Positions 1 through 10,879 of a stretch of DNA of 64,000 bases are shown here, piece after piece; positions within the stretch are counted from its first letter, which is position 1, and each line of letters starts with the position of its first letter. The position numbers were made by a program, and so were the translations under genes. Under the pieces are notes generated by a model. It did no database searches. It was not told where the DNA came from and saw only the letters and a program-made list of their open reading frames with translations. The stretch lies in NCBI GenBank assembly GCA_951406725.2, contig OX597827.1, positions 38,316,001-38,380,000 on the forward strand, in the 5' to 3' direction. This stretch comes from Octopus vulgaris (lineage: Eukaryota).

Positions 1-123
1 AAAGGCATTGGTTGGCCCAGGGCCATAGTAAAAACCACTTTCCCAAGATGTCATGCAGTGGGATTGAACCCGAAACTATGTGGCTGCAAAACAAGCTTCT
101 TAACTACACAGCCATACCCATGC
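1..123 (-). mobile_element. SINE family A, 5' (tRNA-like head) fragment, truncated by window edge
   Basis: Reverse complement matches the family A head seen in many copies here (ggctgtgtggtaag...ggttcagtcccactgc...ccttgggcaagtgtcttctactatagcc). Confidence 0.8.
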
Positions 124-171
124 ACACACACACATACATAAATATTATATTTAGACAGATAAATATATACA

Positions 172-703
172 GACTTTGCCTTTGGTTTTCATCTTTTCAG
201 AATTGATAAAATTAGCACCTGTTGAACACTGGGGTCAATGTAATTAACTAGTCCCTTTCCCCATAATTTCAGACCTTGCACCTAACGTAGAAAGGATAAT
301 AATAATAATCCTCTCTAAAATAGGCACAATGCCTGAAATTTTAGGGGAGGAGGCTAGTTGATTACATCAATCCCAGTACTTATTTTATTGACCCCACAAA
401 AGGATGAAAGGCAAAGTCAACCCCAGCAGAATTTGAACTCAGAACATAAAAATGGATGAGATGGCATTAAGTATTTCATCCAGCATGATAATGATTCTGC
501 CAGCTTGCTGCCTTATAGAAATAATTATAATAATGATAATCTTTTCTACTATAGGCACAAGGTGTGGAATTTGTGGGGAGAGGGATTGTCAGTTACATCG
601 ACCCCAGTACTTGACTGGCTCTTAATTTATCGATCCTGAAAAGATGAAAGGCAAAGTTGACCTCAGCGGAATTTGAATAATAATAATAGTAGTAGTAGTA
701 GTA

Positions 704-746
<43 letters not shown>

Positions 747-1392
747 TGATGATAATCATTATTATCAAAGCAGTGAGCTGGCAGAATTGTTAGCACACCG
801 GACAAAATGCTTAGTGATATTTCACCTGTCACTACGTTCTTAGTTCAAATTCTGCCGAGATCAACTTTACTTTTCATCTTTTCGGGGTCGATAAAATAAG
901 TACCAGTTGAACACTGGGGTCAATGTAATCAACTCATCCTCTCCCCCAAAACTGCTGCCCTTGTGGCAAAATTTGAGGGTAGCAAACTGGTAGAATCGTT
1001 AGCACGCCGAGCGAAATACTTAGTGGTATTTCGTCTGTCATTATATTCTGAGTTCAGATTCTGCAAAGGTTGACTTTGCCTTTCATCCTTTCGGGGTCGA
1101 TGTAATTGACTTAACCCCTTCCCCCAAATTTGAGGCCTTGTGCTTCCAGTAGAAAGGATTATTATTATTATTATTATAAGGTGGCAAGCAGAAACTTTAG
1201 CACACTGGACAAAATGCTGACATTTCATCAGGCTTTACATTCTGAGTTCAAATTCTGCTGAGGTCAGCTTTGCCTTTCATCTTTTTGGGATTGATAGAAT
1301 AAGTACCAGTTGAGCACTGACTGAGTTCAGTGTAATCAACTAACACCCTCCCTCGAAAATTTCAGTGCTTGCTCCAATAATAGAAAGGATTA
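172..1392. mobile_element. Cluster of six SINE family B copies in mixed orientation separated by (AAT)n/(ATT)n
   Basis: Approximate copies: 172-300(+), 308-515(-), 540-677(-), 770-975(+), 978-1160(+), 1179-1392(+). All share gagttcaaattccgccgaggtcgactttgcctttcatcctttcggggtcgataaaataagtaccag. Confidence 0.9.
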
Positions 1393-1894
1393 TTTGTAAT
1401 TATTGTCTGAGGTGACTCATTTCTCAGGGTAATTTGTTTGGTGTGGTAATACCATGGGAGACAATAGTAATCCAGATTGGACTGTGCTAAAGTAGAGAAG
1501 GATGATGTCATCATGAATTCTAGATAAGAAAATTTGGAGGATTCAAAAGTTCATCCTGCAAGGCATATCAATTTCATTGTTGATGTAGGTTCCCCTGTTG
1601 AATGGTCTCTGATGTTGTTAGGCATCTTGAAAGGTTTTTCCTAATGGTCCAAAGTGGATGAACTCAAATGCTTCCACTATTCCATAACATTTTGTTTTAT
1701 TTTTTACCCATTGAAATGTAGCGTACAATGATAAGGTAAAGTAAGTGTACAGTTTCTTAAAATGAGTGGAATGTTCTTTTTTAGGATAACAATTCTATGA
1801 TTTTATGTCCTCTAAGGTGTTAAAGAACATGGAATATTTATGCACTCTTAAAGTGAACTCTCAACTCTTAAGCACAGATCTTTGTTGTAAAAGG

Positions 1895-2205
1895 AGCACT
1901 CCGTTAGTTATATGTCCCAGCTGATATGATAAACCGAACAGCTTGCTCGTGAAATTAACATGCAAGTGTCTGAGCACTCCACAGACATGCGTATCCTTAA
2001 TGTAGTTCTCAGGGAGATTCAGCGTGACACAGAGTGTGACAAGGCTGGCCCTTTAGAATACAGGTACTACTCATATTTGCCAGCTGGGTGGACTGGAACA
2101 ACACAAAATAAAGTGTCTTGCTCAAGGACACCGCGTCACCGGGAATCGAACTCACAACCTTATGATCGTGAGCTGAATGCCCTAACCATTAAGCCATGTG
2201 CCTTC
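1895..2205 (-). mobile_element. SINE family C (tRNA head with CORE-like central domain)
   Basis: Minus strand has A-box tggcttaatgg and B-box gttcgattccc, then ccttgagcaagacactt...ccagtccacccagctgg. Related copies at 16888, 26897, 47851 and 31705. Confidence 0.8.
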
Positions 2206-2638
2206 AAAGATCTTTGTTGTACACAACAACTGTATACCTACTTTTGCCCACCCCTGTACACTGTTGTTACCAGCATTTCTGCTTTGTTATGCTGGCATGA
2301 AATAGATGAAACTTACTGATGCAGATTTTCTGCAATCAGATGCTTTTCCTGTGGTCAGCACCTATTTGTATTTGTATTTCAAATAAAAGACATTTTATTC
2401 AACCATTACATTCCTCACAATGTCCCCATCTCTTATTCAGATGATACTAATAAACACACAAAATCAGCATTCACACACATGCACATACAACCATGCATAT
2501 ACATATATACAAATTATGTGGATAATTTTACCTATAAAGGTTATTTTAATGTACCAATCTACTTGGTAAAATTGTTAATTAATTGATTGATTCATTAATT
2601 AATTTATTTAATTAATAAATTTTACCCTTCTATTATTA

Positions 2639-2695
<57 letters not shown>

Positions 2696-2696
<1 letters not shown>

Positions 2697-2912
2697 GGAG
2701 TAAGCACATAAATGTGAAACAAGGTGGGAAAAAGAGTACTAAAATACCAGAGGCAGAGTAATATGCTTTATTTAAAAGCAGCAGAAATACAACAAAAGCT
2801 GTTACTAGAGTTTCACGTTCTCATTCGTCGGACAGTTTTGTTAACAAACAAGAACTTGAAATTCTGAGTAACAGCTTTGGTTATATTTCTGCTGCTTTTA
2901 AATAAAGTATAT
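2696..2912 (-). mobile_element. Penelope-like pLTR-type fragment with internal inverted repeat and minimal hammerhead-like motif
   Basis: Inverted arms about 2762-2806 / 2867-2911. Minus-strand 2799-2835 reads ctgt-CCGACGA-atgagaacgt-GAAA-ctctag-TA-acag. Sits between (TA)n and (CA)n tracts. Confidence 0.6.
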
Positions 2913-3053
2913 TTATACACACACACACACACCACGACCATCACCAACCAGGCTATCAGATGTTGCTACACCTTGCTGGTCACAATGCGCTTCGCATTGT
3001 TTTAGCCTTCAAATGACGCCACCCCGCTGGCTAAGCGAGCAGGCCAATATATA

Positions 3054-3093
3054 TACCCCAATGCTGCATCATGTTCCTATGAATTTTTGCATT

Positions 3094-3127
<34 letters not shown>

Positions 3128-3167
3128 AATGCAAAAATTCATAGGAACATGATGCAGCATTGGGGTA
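3054..3167. repeat. Perfect 114-bp palindrome (42-bp arms around (AT)15)
   Basis: taccccaatgctgcatcatgttcctatgaatttttgcatttg at 3054-3095 is the exact reverse complement of 3126-3167. Confidence 0.95.
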
Positions 3168-3559
3168 ACTAGACTTGGAAAGTAAACTTATAGGTGTTTT
3201 TTTAATTTTTTTTATAGTAAACACATATTGTAGAAAAGTAGATTTAGCCTATGAAAAGTGAACTCTGTGATAAAACCACTCTGCACAGGAAAGAAAAAAA
3301 ATAAAGAGATCAAACAAGTCTCAGTTTTCATTAATTTAGTTCTGAGTGAGTGTGTATTTACTGTAAATAACTGTATGCTGCTATTCTTTCTGGTTATACA
3401 AAATAAAAACAAAAAGCAAAAAAAAAACCCATGGGTTGACTATAGTATTTACCTTTTCACAGTGAGGCTAGAAGTGTGTTTACTAAACAACACATACATT
3501 TACAGTCCTATACTCTCTCTCTCTCTCTTACAGTTTTGCATTTTAGTCTTTGAATCTTA

Positions 3560-3942
3560 TCTTTTACTTGTTTCAGACTGTGGTCATGCTGGGGCACCAC
3601 CTTGAAAAATTATAGTTGAAAGAATCAACCCCATTATTATTTTATTTTTTAAGCCTGACACTTATTCTATTGGTCTTTTTCACTGAACTGCTAAGTTACA
3701 GGGGACTTAAACACACCTTCATCAATTGTCAAGCAGTGGTGAGGGACAAACACAGACATAAAGACATATGCCTATATATATGCGATAGGCTTCTTTCAGT
3801 TTCCATGTACCAAATCCACTCACAAGGCTTTGGTCGACCAAAGACTACATATAGTAGAATACACTTGCCCACGGTGTCACGTAGTGGGACTGAACCTAGA
3901 ACTATGTTATTTGAGAACAAACTTACTGCCACACCTGCACCT
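3560..3942 (-). mobile_element. SINE family A
   Basis: Full-length degenerate copy running from the head to the ...gactgaaacaagtaaaaga tail. Confidence 0.9.
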
Positions 3943-4144
3943 AATATAGACATACTCTACAAAATATTTTGCCTACTTTGTTGGGACCCTAATTGTTTAT
4001 ATTACTTCTCTGACAAAACAAATTAATATTACTTGCACAAAAACAAAAAGAAGAAAAATCAAGGATCATTATAACTGGTGTATCTCTTTGCTTTGTTTAT
4101 ATCATTTCCCAACGCTATTAACATCCTTTCATAGTTTATAAAAA

Positions 4145-4306
4145 GGCGTAGGAGTGGCTGTGTGGTAAGTAGTTTGCTTACGAACCACATGGCTCCAGGT
4201 TCAGTCCCACTGTGTGGCACCTTGGGCAAGTGTCTTCTACTATAGCCTCTGGCTGACCAAAGCCTTGTGAGTGGATTTGGTAGACAGAAACTGAAAGGAG
4301 CCCGTC

Positions 4307-4354
<48 letters not shown>

Positions 4355-4540
4355 ATATGTTTGTCCCCCCAACATCGCTTGACAACCGATGCGGGTGTGT
4401 TTACGTCCCCGTACTTCAGCAGTTCGGCAAAAGAGACCGATAGAATAAGTACTAGGCTTACAAAGAATAAGTCCTGAGGTCGATTTGCTTGACTAAAGGC
4501 AGTGCTCCGGCATGGCCACAGTCAAGCAAGAGAAAGAGTA
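4145..4540 (+). mobile_element. SINE family A (relatively young, CpG-rich)
   Basis: tRNA-like head (tggctgtgtggtaag, ggttcagtccc), CORE-like ccttgggcaagtgtctt, internal (TA)n, and tail ggtgctccagcatggccacagtc. Confidence 0.92.
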
Positions 4541-4636
4541 GTGAAATGTGAATGGGAAATGAAAAATTTACCGAAATATATTTTTATGTATGAAGTTGTA
4601 TCGTCAATGATTTCAGATTTGATTAATCTTCATATA

Positions 4637-5035
4637 GGTGCAGGCATGGCTGCATGGTAAGAAGCTTGCTTCTCAACCACATGGGTCTGGGTTCAGTCTC
4701 ACTACATGGCACCTTGGGCAAGTGTCTTCTACTGTAGCCTCAGGCTGATCAAAGCCTTGTGAGTGGATTTGGTAGACGGAAACTGAAAGAAGCTCATTGT
4801 GTATATATGTTTATATATTTATGTGTGTGTGTTTGTTCCCCCCCCCCCCCCCATCACTTGACAACCAATGTTGGTGTGTTTATGTCCCTGAAACTTAGCT
4901 GTTTTGCAAAAGAGACCGATAGAATAAGTACTGGGCTTACAAAGAATAAATCCTGAGGTCAATTTGTTTGACTGAAGGTGGTGCTCCAGCATGGCTGCAG
5001 ACAAATGACTGAAACAAGTAAAAGAATAAAAGAAT
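4637..5035 (+). mobile_element. SINE family A
   Basis: Same family, full length, with (AAAAGAAT)n-like tail. Confidence 0.92.
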
Positions 5036-5809
5036 GTTTAAATTATTATGGTGGCTATTTGCAGTTTACAGCTAAAGTGCAATAAGTACAGTTGTGACTA
5101 AAGTGACAGAGGGTGCTAGTCAGTACCAGCATTGCTAGAAATAAGAGTCAAAACAACTCTTAGCCACATGAGAGCACTTTTCTAACTGATAAAGGAGACA
5201 ACAACTCCCTGTGGCAAGTAAGATGGAGTCATATCATCAATGATTTCAGATTTGATTAATCTTCATCAGTAAGTCATTATTCCTTTGCTAAGGATTAAAA
5301 ACATAACTCACTTTGTCAGTCTTATAGAGAACACCTTAAAACTTATAAAATAGTAAAATGTGAAAATACTTTGATTTACTCTCCTGGCTATCCATGTATA
5401 ATATTTCCTTCATGTCTTAAAAGTTGTAATCGCTAATTATACTTTACAGTTATTATCATAACTGCAAAAATCAACATAAGTTAAACTGGTGGGTAGAAGT
5501 GACAAAGAAGTGGAATCTAAGTTTTCTAGATGGAGGCAGAAAAAGAGAGAGGAGTGAATGACTACTGTAAAAGGGAGGATAATGGATTTTGAGCTAAGAT
5601 AATGTTCAAAATGAACGCTGGAAGTAACATTTTATTGCAACATTACTGTTGGAATTTCTGTGATTTCAGATTGATCCAAAAGGTCGATTTAAAGTTCTGG
5701 TTGCATACATATACAGATATATTGTTCTTACTTGTCATCAAAGATGCACATATCGTTAGCCACTAAGGAACATGCTCAGCTAGTTAAAAGGTTGATGAAA
5801 TAATTATCA

Positions 5810-6100
5810 GTTATGCACTGCGGTCAATGTAATTAACTAGCTCCAGCCCCCAAATTTCAGGACTTTTAGTAGAAAGGATTATTATTATTATTATGACAAT
5901 GAGCTAGTAGAATCGTTAGCACACTGGGCAAAATGCTTAGCAGCATTTCAACCGTCTTTACGTTCTGAGTTTAAATTCCTCTGAGGTCAACTTTTCCTTT
6001 CATTGTCAATAAAATAAGTACCAGTTGCGTACTGGGGCCGATGTAATTGACTTAATCCCTTCCCCCAAATTTGAGACCTTGTGCTTCCACTAGAAAGGAT
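5810..6100 (+). mobile_element. SINE family B (3' fragment plus near-full copy)
   Basis: Matches family B consensus; each unit ends at an (ATT)n tract. Confidence 0.85.
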
Positions 6101-6164
6101 TATTATTATTATTATTATTATTATAAACAGATATAATTTGTTTTTAGTCATTTTGCTGCAGCAT

Positions 6165-6395
6165 TTTGTTGTTCAACTCCAGATCTGTTCTAATTAAGCT
6201 GGCCAATCAGGAATCAAAGACATTTAGTTGTAACCATCACGTCCTTTTTTGTTTTGTTTTGTTTTTCTTGATTGTGCATCTTAAGACCACATTCCTTATG
6301 CAATGTGTATTTTACTCCTTTCAGGCAGTAGGATGTGATTTAAGGTCGATTTGTGATGCTATTTCTAGCTGGTGGAGAGATCAAGTAGAGGCTCT
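6165..6395 (+). repeat. Old dispersed repeat family H (unclassified)
   Basis: Motifs ...atgatcaaagrcattccagc...gatttggctgctatttctagc...gtagaggct recur at about 9280(-), 13400(-), 14440(+), 14620(-), 17357, 18685, 36480(-), 44030, 44925, 52960, 54225 and 59465. Confidence 0.6.
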
Positions 6396-7552
6396 GTCAT
6401 ATATTGTGAAAAGGCGTTTGTATTTCATGTCATTTGTTTAGATGTCTTTTTTATTGTCTTTTTTTATGTTCCTCTTTGTTGCTCTTGAGCTCCAGGTCAG
6501 GTCTCAGCTTTTACCACCATCCTCACTTTTTAGACATCTAGAACTACATCATTCAGTGTATCCTTTTCTTTTCTTTTTTTTTTTCGAACAAAAGAGTGTA
6601 GTAATCAAACCTTCCTTAAAGATTTGACTGTTATTTCTAGGAGGTCGTGTAACCATGTTTAGGCTTCTTCAAAAGTCTTTCCTTCTATTGAGATCTGATT
6701 TTGTGGATTGAGAAAGAGAAGAGGTTTTTCTTGTATCTGGCTGTTTATGTTCTGGAATATGTATTGTGCGAGTTGTATGATAGTTTTTGGGGAGGTAATT
6801 GTATGTAGAATATGCTGTGTTATAGTATTTATTAGGAAGTAATTGTGTAAAGTACGTTATATGAGTTGTATTATAGCTATGAAGAAATAATCTTGTAGAT
6901 TCTGTATTGTGTTGGGAGGTGATAGTGTAGAATATTTATTGTATAGCATGTTTTATGCTTTGTTATGTTTCGGATGTGTAGAATGAATGTTGAATTTTTG
7001 CCACAGTATCAGAAGGCAGTTGTGTGTGTATATATATGTGTGTGTGTGTGTGTGGTAGGTACTGTGTGTTTTTGTGTAATATAATATTTAGAGAGCGGTG
7101 ATTGCATAGAATGTGTGCTGCCTGCGAGAGTTGCATTATAGTATCAGGACGTGCTTCTGTAGAATATGTGATATGAGCTGTGTTATATAGTATCGGTGGT
7201 AGTGGTGATGGTGATGAAGCGATTATATAGAATTATTTGAGTAGAGATGTTCGAGTTGTGTTGATACTATCTATCAGGAGCTGATTGTATAGAAAATGTC
7301 TGTTGTGTGATTTATGTTTATAGTATCGGAAGGTGATAGTGTAGAATGTGCTGTAGTTTTGAATTTAAATTATCCTCGGTTGAATTGTTTACGTAGTAAA
7401 CCTATTTATAGATTTATGTACAAGAAAGAGTGCGAGTCCTGATATCATTGCGTGCTGTGTTTTCTTCTTGGCTTTGTTTTTCTTGATGTTCTCTTTACAC
7501 TGTTTATCAGTTCACATACCATTATTTGATACCGTTTTGTTTTGTCACTTAC

Positions 7553-7636
7553 ACACCCGCACCCACGGCGAACTAACTCGGTGACGGTGAATCGAACCAC
7601 TGGTAAAACTCGCTAACATTTGCATACATTCTCCCA
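7553..7636 (-). other. Candidate 84-nt exon (minus strand)
   Basis: Donor TGT|GTAAGTG at 7552 and possible acceptor ttttAAG at 7637-7638. One open frame reads GECMQMLASFTSGSIHRHRVSSPWVRV. No homology recognised. Confidence 0.25.
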
Positions 7637-8515
7637 CTTAAAACATCCAAAGTATATATGTATATATATATATATATGCATGTGTGCATATACCTATGAA
7701 TATTTATGTGTATACATATTCGTGTGTGTGTGTACATATATTGTGTTTCTGTGCGTGTATGTGTGTATACACACACACACACACATACAGAGAGACAACG
7801 TTCGCACACGCACATATCCGCTCGTCCAATACTTGTATTTTTCTGTTTAATTCGCATATCCTACAAATTAAATTTCAATTTAAAAATATCTGTTTGAATT
7901 AGTTGTGTGTGTATATAATCTTTTAATTCTAAAGTAGATATCGTACTCGCTACTTGCTTTCGCCTTTCTCCCTCCTATATATACGCAGATACACACACAC
8001 ATACACATGGAGATGTATATATGCATGCATATACTCATCATATAATTGTATATGAGGGGAGGGTAAGCACAATAGAAAGCAGATAAGGAAAGTCCCCATT
8101 GGTGTGTGTGAAGGAAGGGAATCAGTCCTTTAAATTTGTTTCGATGTTGTTGCTTTTTTTATTTTTTTTGTAATTCACTGCATCAACCTCATCCCACACC
8201 TCCTTTCCTCCCCTCCCACTACCTGTGTGTGTTCTTGTGGCGGCAGCCTGACCGACATTTGCCGACACACTGACGCCACACGCACACATGGGCGCACTAG
8301 CACACACTCACACGCACACAAGCAAATGCACAGGCTGACGCCCGTCTCTTCCTCATCCCCTTTGAGAGTAATACGGGCGCTGTTCTTGTCGGTGGTTATG
8401 ATGTTGGTGTGAAAGGTGGTGGTGGTGGAAGAAGGAGTAGATGTGTATGCGTGCGTGTGTGTGTGTGTGTGTGTGTGTAGATGGGTAAAAATGTGTGTGC
8501 GTAAAAGAGAGAGAG

Positions 8516-8575
8516 AACCAACGTATTCATTTGAATAAACGCATACATGCGTTTATTCAAATGAATGTGTTGGTT
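8516..8575. repeat. Fold-back hairpin, 29-bp arms (20 bp perfect), 2-nt loop
   Basis: aaccaacgtattcatttgaataaacgcat-ac-atgcgtttattcaaatgaatgtgttggtt. Confidence 0.9.
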
Positions 8576-9409
8576 GAATCCGGGAATCCTTCCGCTACTC
8601 GTTTCGATGACGAGGAAACTAGTTGAATGAAAACTTCACTCAACATCTTTTCTCTCTCTTTCTCTCTCTCGTTCACACACGCTTATACACACATTCCTTC
8701 CGTCCCTCACTCACTCTCTCTCCATTTCTATGTATTTGTCTGTCTATCTATCAGCTATCTCTCTCCCATCCCCATAAGTTCTCCGTTGTCCACTCATTTC
8801 CTTCATTTAGTTGCCCTTCCTCCCATCACGTCTTCACCTCCGTATTACTCACTGCCCCCTTTCTCCTCAAAGAGTCTCCACTTCGACTTCCCCGTCGTCT
8901 TTTTGCTCTATCTACCGCTCTCTTCTTCTTCTCCAAATCATTCACTGAAGCAAACCGACCCTCTCTTCTATTTTCTCAAGAGCCCCGCATTTCATTTGAT
9001 CCCGGTTTACCTCTCCTACGCGTTTACCTCCCCTCCACACATATCGCTTCTTCTTCCCGCCCCATCCCCTCTTTACTCCAATTCCTCCGTATCTTTGTCG
9101 CCACCGCCACAACCGGGCTATCCTATTGTGGTGTGAAGTGGGGGGGGGGGGTGAGGAGAGGTTGGAGAGTTGTCAAGACACTTTATATATAGCAATAACG
9201 CTTTGGAAACGGCAGCGACTGCAGCAGTAACTGCAGCTGCAATTGCAGCAAGTAATTGCAACAGTAAAAGATGGGAAACCTCATCTCTTAGCGCTGGATC
9301 GATCTGCTAGAAATAACAGTCAAATTTTCTCCACAGTTCACAACCCATCATCTCAAAATAGAAAAGATGAGATGTTAGATAATGCTATCTAACTTACACA
9401 AATGTTGCC

Positions 9410-9680
9410 CACCCTTGACTTTGTTTCCTCATAACTTTCAGAAAAATTGATATGCTTAATGTAATTTTCTACAAATACCTTTCAGATGGTGTAGATCACG
9501 ATTATATCGGAATTAAATGTTAAAAAGAAAATGTCAGGGGCGCATACATACTGATACACATTCAAGATTCATTTTCTAGATGTGTGTGTGTGTCAGTATG
9601 TATCTGTGTGAGCCCATCATCTTTTCCTTTTTTCCACATTTAATTCTTATACAACCCTAATCTACCCTATTTGAAAATTA
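9410..9680. repeat. Old MITE-like dispersed repeat (family I)
   Basis: The cctcataactttcagaaaaa...ttttctacaaatacctttcagatggtgtagat motif recurs at about 13245-13390, 53630-53720 and 54015-54100, with internal inverted arms. Confidence 0.5.
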
Positions 9681-9684
9681 TTGG

Positions 9685-9830
9685 TATCGCTGTGTAGTAA
9701 GAAGTTTACTTCTCAACCACATGGTTCTAGGTTCGGTCCCATGATGTGTCATCTACAGCAGGTGTCTACTGTAAGCTTAAGGCCAACCAACGCCTTGTGA
9801 GTGGATTCAATGGATGGCAACCGCAACCTG

Positions 9831-9865
<35 letters not shown>

Positions 9866-10025
9866 GGCATTTTTTCGATGGCTGGATAACTGAAGAGATG
9901 GCGGCGTGGGTTTCCGCCCCGACATCCAAAGCTCGGAGTTTTATCATGGCTACCGAATAATATATATATATAGGTGGTGCTCCAGCATGGTCACAGTCAA
10001 ATGACTGAAACAAGTAAAAGAATTA
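9685..10025 (+). mobile_element. SINE family A with central part replaced by a CpG-rich insert (9864-9960)
   Basis: Family A head and tail flank (GT)n plus a non-family insert carrying a hammerhead-like motif. Confidence 0.75.
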
Positions 10026-10050
10026 AAAAAAAAAAGAAATAGTATGTATA

Positions 10051-10258
10051 GGCACAGATATGGCTGTGGTAAGCAGTTTGCTTCCCATTCACATGGTACT
10101 AGGTTCAGTCCCACTGCATGGTGCCCAAGCTTTATGAGTGGATTTGGTAGATGGAAACTGTGAAGAAACGAAGGAACTTATATACATATATATATATATG
10201 TGTGTGTATATATATATATGTGTGTATATATATATATATATGTATGTATATGTATATA

Positions 10259-10309
<51 letters not shown>

Positions 10310-10521
10310 TTGTGCGTGCATGTTTGTCCCCCCTGCAATCGCTTGACAACCAACGCCGGTGTGTTTATGACCCCATAACATAGCGGTTTGGCAAAAGAGA
10401 CCGATAAAATAAGTACTAGGCTTACAAAGAACAAGTCCTGGGGTCGATTTCTTCAACTAAAACTCTTTAAGGTGGTATTCCAGCATGGCTGCAGTCAAAT
10501 GACTGAAACTAGTAAAAGAAT
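10051..10521 (+). mobile_element. SINE family A with expanded (TA/TG)n centre
   Basis: Family A head and tail are both present. Confidence 0.9.
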
Positions 10522-10539
10522 TATATATATACATATATA

Positions 10540-10830
10540 GATATATAAGATGAGAATGTGTGTCTGTCTGTCTATCTGTGTGAATCCCTAAAACTCGAGA
10601 ACTACACCACCAATTTCATTCAAATTTTACACATGCCCTACTTAGGGTCTATGTAGTGTCGTGGGCTAAAAAAATTTCAACTTCTTGTCTAATGCAAGCC
10701 CAGAGCAATCTCTTATCTCTCACTATTTCAGCATTGCATGTCAAAAGTGAAACAATACTACTTTTACTTTAATAGTTTCACTATTAATACTGAAACTATT
10801 AAAGTGAAACTATTATCTCACATATATACA
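10540..10830 (+). mobile_element. Helitron/Helentron-like non-autonomous fragment
   Basis: tatataagatgagaatgtgt-(gtct)n-...aactacaccaccaatttcattcaaatttt resembles the 5' region of non-autonomous Helitron/DINE-type elements. Related segment at 11283-11460 (aactactgcaccgatcctaatgaaattt). 15-bp hairpin at 10766-10805. Confidence 0.45.
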
Positions 10831-10879
10831 GGCATTCATTCATTCATATATATATGTATATATGATGATGATGATGATG

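Larger units (their letters stand above)
7420..9310. promoter_or_regulatory. CpG-retaining, SINE-poor region; putative unmethylated promoter or first-exon region
   Basis: Visibly higher CpG density in unique sequence (e.g. cacccgcacccacggcgaactaactcggtgacggtgaatcg; ggcggcagcctgaccgacatttgccgacac) than the CpG-depleted background. Also has CT/GA tracts and no A or B SINE insertions. Confidence 0.45.

Noticed and set aside
1400-1860. Possible exon or ancient RTE remnant; similar ambiguous block at about 11780-12230
   Set aside because: Only vague motif resemblance, multiple stops and no supportable call.
8623-9192. 189-aa and 169-aa ORFs
   Set aside because: CT-rich low-complexity sequence that is stop-poor by composition.
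10089-10456. Overlapping YI/CV/HT-rich ORFs (also at 7573-7902, 28277-28641 and 38577-39288)
   Set aside because: Dinucleotide microsatellite read-through with no coding signal.
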